Shown one piece after another: positions 38,800-44,630 of a DNA stretch of 44,630 nt (position 1 is the stretch's first letter; every line of letters begins with the position of its first letter). The notes below the pieces were generated by a model. It was not told where the DNA came from. It made no database searches and saw nothing but the letters and a program-made list of their open reading frames with translations. The DNA is from an uncultured Nitrososphaerales archaeon (GTDB lineage: Archaea; Thermoproteota; Nitrososphaeria; Nitrososphaerales; Nitrososphaeraceae). Location of the stretch: the NCBI GenBank assembly GCA_963841565.1, contig CAWJCY010000005.1, forward strand, positions 1-44,630. Reading direction: 5' to 3'. The position numbers were made by a program, and so were the translations under genes.

Positions 38800-39369
38800 T
38801 TGGTTAGTAAAAATAACAATAATTTGGATTTAATTAGGCAGATATCGGATGATGTGATCCGTTGTACTAATTGCGAACTCTGTCATGCAAGGAAAAATGC
38901 GGTACCTGGCGAAGGATCTGCATCTGCAAAGGTCGTGTTTGTAGGAGAAGCCCCCGGTAGATTTGAGGATATCCAAGGCAAGCCATTTGCAGGACCCGCA
39001 GGAAAGATCCTAGAAGCAGCACTGTTAAACGCGAATATATCCAGGTCTCAAGTTTTCATAACCAATATTGTAAAATGTAGACCGCCTGGAAACCGAAGGC
39101 CCAAACGTGATGAAATCATCATGTGCAATGACTACCTCAACAAGCAAATATCAGTCATTAACCCCAAAATTGTATGCATCTTAGGAGCGACAGCATATTC
39201 GTCACTTCTGGGTGGTAAAGAAATCACATTAAATCGAGGAAAATTGCTAAACATCAATGGACGAGATTATTTCTTGACGATTCATCCTGCAGCGACTTTG
39301 TACAGAAGAAGTTTGCTTCGCGTCTTGGAGGAGGACTTGTTGAAATTGTCAAAATTGATTTTTGAGTAG
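38800..39369 (+). CDS. udg: uracil-DNA glycosylase family 4 (Fe-S)
   Basis: CTNCEL, VGEAPG, G.PFAGPAG, ITNIVKCRPP.NR.P, TIHPAA. Confidence 0.93.
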   Translation: MVSKNNNNLDLIRQISDDVIRCTNCELCHARKNAVPGEGSASAKVVFVGEAPGRFEDIQGKPFAGPAGKILEAALLNANISRSQVFITNIVKCRPPGNRRPKRDEIIMCNDYLNKQISVINPKIVCILGATAYSSLLGGKEITLNRGKLLNINGRDYFLTIHPAATLYRRSLLRVLEEDLLKLSKLIFE

Positions 39370-39637
39370 TGATGGGAATAACAGATGACATCTTAGGGTC
39401 AGAAGATCACCTGGTCACATTCTGCAAGGGCGTCAGGGGGATTGATAAGAAGTCAAGTTTTTGATCTTGTTATTATCGGGCCTGGACCAGTGCATGTCGA
39501 TGTCGATATGCACTCTTTAACCACAGTACATTTTACGGCAGCTCTAAGAATGAATTAAAGGTACGGCCAATGGAAAAAAATGGGAAATGCGCTAATCTGC
39601 AGTACTACATTTATCCCAGGATATCTTGTTCACACCT

Positions 39638-40603
39638 ATGAAAATAGGTGTGATTGGAACCGGAAAGATGGGAGCACAATTAGCGATCAGGCTAGCAAAG
39701 AGCGGACATGAAGTCATAGTCTTTAATAGGGACAGATCGAAAGCACAGATTGTACAGCATTCTATTGCTAAAAACAAGATCAGGATGGCGAGCACACCAG
39801 CAGAAGTAGGAAATAATTCTAAATTCGTGATAATTTGCGTGAAGGACCATCAAGCCATTTTGGATATAACTACTGCTAAGGGAGATGCAGGCCTAATTGA
39901 TTCTCCGAGAAGTAATCGGATTGGCAAGGATTTCATTGTAGTTCAATGCAGTACAATATCTCCCACCGAATCAAATCATGTGGCAGATCTTTATGGCAAT
40001 AAGAGCATCAAAATGGTCACTGTGCCAATTATAGGGGGGATAAGTGCCGCAGAAAGAGGAGAACTAATTTTGATAGCTGCTGGTCCAAAAAAATCGTTCA
40101 ATCAGACCAAGTCATTACTTAAGGACCTTAGCAAGCAAGTATTCTATGTTGGGCCAAATCATGGTACCGCAAGTACGCTCAAACTTGCAGTCAACATTAA
40201 CATTGCATTAATAGCTCTTGCACTTGCAGAAGGTTTGGCATTTGTGAAAGGGTCTGGGTTGGACCCAGATATTTTTATCAAGATTTTCAATTCTACCTAC
40301 TTCAAGACTGGTGTGAGTGAAAACAAGGGACCAAAAATTATTCATGATGAGTACAGCCCCTCTTTCTCTGTTGCGAATATGGCAAAAGATCTAAAATTAA
40401 CCTTGCAGACAGCGTATAGTTCAGGTCTTACACTCCCAGCTACTGCTTCATCTCATGCTATTTACAAGGCCTCGGAAGCAGTTGGCCTATCGAATTTGGA
40501 TTACACCTCAGTAGCTTCTTTCATATTAAGGCTAAATGGAATCAGTCGCTTCGGAATAAGGAAAGGGCAGAGTAGAGATACTGATTTTCTACTGTCGTCC
40601 TAA
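39638..40603 (+). CDS. NAD(P)-dependent beta-hydroxyacid dehydrogenase (3-hydroxyisobutyrate dehydrogenase family)
   Basis: MKIGVIGTGKMG Rossmann motif, CSTISP, PIIGG...AERG.L, LKLAVN, MAKDLKL. Confidence 0.9.
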   Translation: MKIGVIGTGKMGAQLAIRLAKSGHEVIVFNRDRSKAQIVQHSIAKNKIRMASTPAEVGNNSKFVIICVKDHQAILDITTAKGDAGLIDSPRSNRIGKDFIVVQCSTISPTESNHVADLYGNKSIKMVTVPIIGGISAAERGELILIAAGPKKSFNQTKSLLKDLSKQVFYVGPNHGTASTLKLAVNINIALIALALAEGLAFVKGSGLDPDIFIKIFNSTYFKTGVSENKGPKIIHDEYSPSFSVANMAKDLKLTLQTAYSSGLTLPATASSHAIYKASEAVGLSNLDYTSVASFILRLNGISRFGIRKGQSRDTDFLLSS

Positions 40604-40973
40604 TAGCTCAACGTTGATTTCGACGACTCGCGTCTTTTCGGACAGTTAAAGTCGTCTAAAGTTTCGGAATGCATTTTTTTCCCCGCTGCAACGTTCAACC
40701 GCAAAATACCATTAAACATCAAGTGAGATAAATCGGAAGTGTGCGATTAATCCTATAATTATTGAGTTTCTTTATGATTGTTTCTCTACAGTAAAATGAA
40801 TTCTCATGTTGGCCGTTGGTTGATACAATTCAGATTTGTGAGATGCATGAAAAAAGTGAATATGTCACTCTTGAATGGATTTATGTACTATTCATCATCA
40901 TTGACAATATGATATTCATCAATAAAACACAAAAAATAGTTTCAGGGAGGTCTTCTAAGAAATGACCATCGAT

Positions 40974-42155
40974 TTAACCTGAGGCCGCCAAGAGCTCCTC
41001 TGCTTGATTCAAATTGCTGTTGATCTTGTCTACGTGCTCTTGAATCTCCTCTATTGGTGCATGGGATTGGATCAACTGTCTTAAGTCTTCTCTGAGCATC
41101 AATTCAGTTGTCTCCATTAGGGTCCTATTCTGTTCCGCTAAAGGAGCTTCTATAAACTCATAGTTATCTAGATATGCTTGTATAGCTAGAGTGTCAGCCT
41201 GGTCATAGTTCTGATTTTCGTATGCATCAAGTGTTTGATTTAGCAAATTGCGAATCTCAGGGATATACGCCGAAGTATCACTACCAGTACCAGAGATATT
41301 TCCTTCGTTAATACCGGTCGATAATACCTCTGAAATCTCATGTATAATCGATCCAATTGCATTAGATACTATTTCAGGATTTGACTTTTCCTGAACAGCG
41401 TTTCCAAGATCTGCAAAGAATCCATTTATCACCGGAACGTCAGCCGACTTTTCTTGAGGGATCAAAGGAGATGATTCATTGAAAATTGCTCGAGCTCTTG
41501 AAATAAATGCCTGTCCATCCTGATACTCCACTATTTCCTTTAATTGACCATTCTCTATTGCTTCTTTGTATTCGTTATCTGCTACAGATAATAGGTTTCC
41601 AACGACCATGAGATTGAATGCACTGTCATTTATCGCTTGAGCTGGAATGATCTTGCCAACAGTATCATTGAGTAATCCATTGATATCCAGAGCCTTGGTC
41701 GTAAATTCTTGTACAGTAGAATTGTCTACAATATTTGAAAGCTGACCCAAAGAGGATGATAACGATTGATTCAGACTTGGATCTGTGGCATCTATCTGGA
41801 CCTCGATGCTACTGTAAATCTCTTCGATTGGATGAAGAGTGTGTGCCTTTGCCAGAGTCGTATTTCCAATCTCTTTATTTGAAATAGCCTGGTCTAAATG
41901 TCCCCTGATCTGCTCTATATTTGAATCAAAACCTACTAACGAGCTATTTGAAGTACTAGAACTCATATTCGTGGCATTTTGAATTGCACCAACTTCTGTT
42001 CCCCCTGATTCTTGTCCATTCACAAATCCAGGGTTTAGAGATACTGATGCAAAAATGGCCATAACAGCAGCAGCGAAGCAAGCGACAAAAAGGATAGAGT
42101 TGATATGTTGTTGTTTACTTGAAGTCAAACTTTTCGATTCATCTTGCATTTTCAT
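40974..42155 (-). CDS. secreted/membrane-anchored helical protein, putative iron/metal uptake component
   Basis: N-terminal TM/signal; EQIRGHL, HTLHPIEE, EYQDG and AYLDNYEFIE motifs reminiscent of extracellular domains associated with FTR1 permeases. Confidence 0.6.
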   Translation of the reverse strand: MKMQDESKSLTSSKQQHINSILFVACFAAAVMAIFASVSLNPGFVNGQESGGTEVGAIQNATNMSSSTSNSSLVGFDSNIEQIRGHLDQAISNKEIGNTTLAKAHTLHPIEEIYSSIEVQIDATDPSLNQSLSSSLGQLSNIVDNSTVQEFTTKALDINGLLNDTVGKIIPAQAINDSAFNLMVVGNLLSVADNEYKEAIENGQLKEIVEYQDGQAFISRARAIFNESSPLIPQEKSADVPVINGFFADLGNAVQEKSNPEIVSNAIGSIIHEISEVLSTGINEGNISGTGSDTSAYIPEIRNLLNQTLDAYENQNYDQADTLAIQAYLDNYEFIEAPLAEQNRTLMETTELMLREDLRQLIQSHAPIEEIQEHVDKINSNLNQAEELLAASG

Positions 42156-42156
42156 A

Positions 42157-42170
42157 TTAGTTGAACCTAA
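42157..42170. promoter_or_regulatory. DtxR/MntR-type box TTAG-N6-CTAA
   Basis: TTAGTTGAACCTAA, ending 2 bp from the ATG at 42155. Confidence 0.55.
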
Positions 42171-42332
42171 CTCTAAATATATGCTATTTATCTCATTTGA
42201 TGATTCTCGATCCGGAGAATAACAAATTAAATTTTGGTATTTAATGTCTCTTCGTTGGATATCACAATTAATAGATGAAAAATATACTGATATCTCATTC
42301 TATGGACAGAAAATCGGCATAGGTAATATATA

Positions 42333-42360
42333 TTAGTTTAGACTAATTAGACTGGGCTAA
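42333..42360. promoter_or_regulatory. two abutting DtxR/MntR-type boxes
   Basis: TTAGTTTAGACTAA (42333-42346) and TTAGACTGGGCTAA (42347-42360), next to TATA-like AATATATA. Confidence 0.55.
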
Positions 42361-42897
42361 TATCAAAGAAGTGGAGAATAGATGATGACTGTGAAATGTC
42401 TGGATAACATGCAATTGGCATCTGTATATTTGTATGTTTACAGTCACCTTTGGAACATTCGAAATCTAACCTACAATCCTACTCGGCAACAATACTGGCG
42501 TATCCCGCTCTAGCTTCTTGATATTATACTGACCAAATCCTTGCCGGGTAGGATATTATTATCCTATACATGATAGCAGTTCAGGAAATATAGCAGAGGC
42601 AATGATCTTATGTATCTTCACAATTGCTAGAACCTGAATTCCTTGGATTGACATGTACTTTTCAATTGAGGACCAGATCATGAATCGAAGGAAAGATAAA
42701 AGTTTCGACAGGGAAGTCGATTTTTCAAAGGTTGTTTCCATCCCTAGTTTCCGATTTCAATCGAAAGTCACAATCATCATCTGTTGGGGAGGAAGGAATA
42801 AGCAGATCATATTCAACTCAACTCTACTATCAGACTGCTCCGAGTCAGAAAAGTACACCGGTAATGCGTATCGACATTAAAAGTATGAATGAATGTG

Positions 42898-43161
42898 TTA
42901 GGATGGACAACCTTCCATTTGTTGAATATAATACCCTTTGGCTGTAATCTCTTTTTCTATCCTTTCTGGAGCTTCTTGAATATGGCAGAATTGACACTCT
43001 TCCTGTGTCATCCTTTGGCCGCTCTTCCCAACGCTGTCTAAATACTTCTTTCCATATTCTATCGCTTTTTCTTGAGGAGTATCAGCCTGTACTATTACAT
43101 CAAAATGCATTACTCGTTTATCCTTTTTTGTAACATACGTATCATAAACAGCGCATTGCAT
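42898..43161 (-). CDS. DUF2024 family protein
   Basis: VYDTYV.KKD..VMHFDVIV, A..YGK.YL, ECQFCH..EA; ATG at 43161 preferred. Confidence 0.85.
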   Translation of the reverse strand: MQCAVYDTYVTKKDKRVMHFDVIVQADTPQEKAIEYGKKYLDSVGKSGQRMTQEECQFCHIQEAPERIEKEITAKGYYIQQMEGCPS

Positions 43162-43547
43162 TATAGTAGTTTCTTGCCATATCAATATTTATTCCGTATT
43201 ATCATTCTCATCACAGAAAATATCCCTCTGATCTGATAGATATATCACCTACACTTTCCACGAGCTTTTTTGACTAGATTCCAACATGTAGCAGGATTTA
43301 ACAGAGCAATTCCTTCCATAATTATCTCGGTTTTAGGCAAAGGATCCAGATGCGAATATAGTTTTAGATGAATTGTGTGACATTGGTTGTTTTATCATTT
43401 CCCAAACTACAATACTTGTTTATCCATAGAGAATCCTGGTTAAGTACCACTAGAAATATGGCGTAATTTGCAAACCACACCACACAACATCAGACGTATC
43501 TCATCATCATAATTATTTTTAGATTGCTAGAACGGTACCTCAATTTA

Positions 43548-44582
43548 CTAGATGATCCTATGCTTTGTATTTAAGGTTGAAAATATCTGAATTGATAATT
43601 TATTGTACTTGTTGGTACTGTTTTTTAGAAACGACAGCGTTTTGTTCCATGCATCTGCGGTTTGATCAGGGGCATAACTGTCCCTTGATGGGTTGGCAAA
43701 CGCGTGCCCTACTCCTTTGTAAACATATATCTCGTTAGGAATTCCAATGGAATCTAATGCCGCTTTAAAATTGGTCACATTCTCAACCGAGATTGAATCA
43801 TCTTGGTCGCCAAAGATTCCCAGTACCGGCCACTTTATCTTAGAGAGTTCAACCGGGTCAGAAACTAACCTTCCGTAATAAATTACAGTTGAAGACAACG
43901 GATATTTCGGTTCTGTGTTTAACGCTAGTTGCAGAGACTGCTGACCACCGAAACACCACCCTAGTGATGATATCTGAGATGGATTAACATTCTCTAAGGA
44001 GGCAAGATATCTGACAGCAGCACGGAGATTTGCGATGGCCTCAGTCGGATTCTCCCTCACTGCACCTGATAATAGACCAGCATCTTCCTGACTTGTAGCA
44101 ACTTGACCGTTGAACAAGTCCACAGCAAGAACAACGTATCCTTCCTTTGCTAGAGTATCAGCCATCATCTTAATATGTTCATTTAAACCTCGATTCTCAT
44201 GAATCATAACTACCGCTGGAAATTTGTTACCGACTAACGATGAAGATGATGATGATGATGTAGTTGTTGTTGTTGTTGGTGAATCAGTATTATTTGATTT
44301 TATCAGTGTAGCGTCAAAGGATTTAGGAAAAACAAGGTATCCCGATGTATTGCCATAATATTTAACCGTTTCATTTTCCAAAGACTGTGTACTGTTTTCT
44401 TGAATGATGTCACCACTTGTAGAATTTGCCGAAATCCCAATTGCATTTGATGAATCAGTGTCATTCGAGGAAATCATTGATGCGTTAGTTTCTTGTGCAA
44501 ATGCAGTACCCGTATAGTGAATTTGTGTCAATAGTACATATAAAACAAATGATATCATTAGCCACATCCGAAATATTTTCAA
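43548..44582 (-). CDS. secreted dienelactone hydrolase family protein
   Basis: Signal peptide ending AFA; PAVVMIHE..GLN, GWCFGG nucleophile, FGDQD, GHAFAN. Confidence 0.9.
   Translation of the reverse strand: MKIFRMWLMISFVLYVLLTQIHYTGTAFAQETNASMISSNDTDSSNAIGISANSTSGDIIQENSTQSLENETVKYYGNTSGYLVFPKSFDATLIKSNNTDSPTTTTTTSSSSSSSLVGNKFPAVVMIHENRGLNEHIKMMADTLAKEGYVVLAVDLFNGQVATSQEDAGLLSGAVRENPTEAIANLRAAVRYLASLENVNPSQISSLGWCFGGQQSLQLALNTEPKYPLSSTVIYYGRLVSDPVELSKIKWPVLGIFGDQDDSISVENVTNFKAALDSIGIPNEIYVYKGVGHAFANPSRDSYAPDQTADAWNKTLSFLKNSTNKYNKLSIQIFSTLNTKHRII
44238..44278. repeat. trinucleotide microsatellites (GAT)n(GTT)n encoding a Thr/Ser linker
   Basis: Translates to TTTTTTSSSSSSS in the minus-strand ORF. 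Confidence 0.8.
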
Positions 44583-44630
44583 CTTATTTTCTCACCCGAT
44601 AATACACCGTATTCTATTTGAATGATGCGG

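Noticed and set aside
39490-39513. 10-bp hairpin GTGCATGTCG-atgt-CGATATGCAC
   Set aside because: Isolated short stem with no supporting context; plausible by chance.
1-44630. Provirus, IS element, tRNA or rRNA
   Set aside because: No integrase, transposase, capsid or terminal repeats, and no cloverleaf or rRNA-like segment recognised by eye.

Overview
AT-rich archaeal chromosomal segment from an ammonia-oxidising archaeon (Nitrososphaerota; the AmoC sequence, low GC and long intergenic regions suggest a Nitrosocosmicus-like soil lineage, which is an inference). The core block is thiC, a Na+/Ca2+ exchanger, thiolase + DUF35, an ESCRT-III/CdvB paralog, a wHTH-ATP-cone-NrdD-like fusion, a stand-alone amoC, class II ribonucleotide reductase nrdJ and cdc48. 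Around it lie accessory genes: MFS, Dps, orphan response regulators, small wHTH proteins, MarC, DedA, an NHL beta-propeller, an EboB-like TatD hydrolase, family-4 UDG, a beta-hydroxyacid dehydrogenase, DUF2024, a secreted dienelactone hydrolase and a highly repetitive secreted protein. I found no rRNA, tRNA, CRISPR array or transposase. Most notable: (1) an apparently catalytically dead class III RNR fused to a DNA-binding domain and ATP cone, near nrdJ (candidate nucleotide-sensing regulator); (2) three TTAG-N6-CTAA DtxR/MntR-type boxes upstream of a putative metal-uptake protein; (3) a strand-specific two-hairpin RNA element at about 305-395; (4) several microproteins below the ORF-track cutoff (C2H2 finger, HTH-like, Zn ribbon); (5) a secreted protein built from six different tandem repeats. 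All family assignments come from motif recognition by eye, not database searches.
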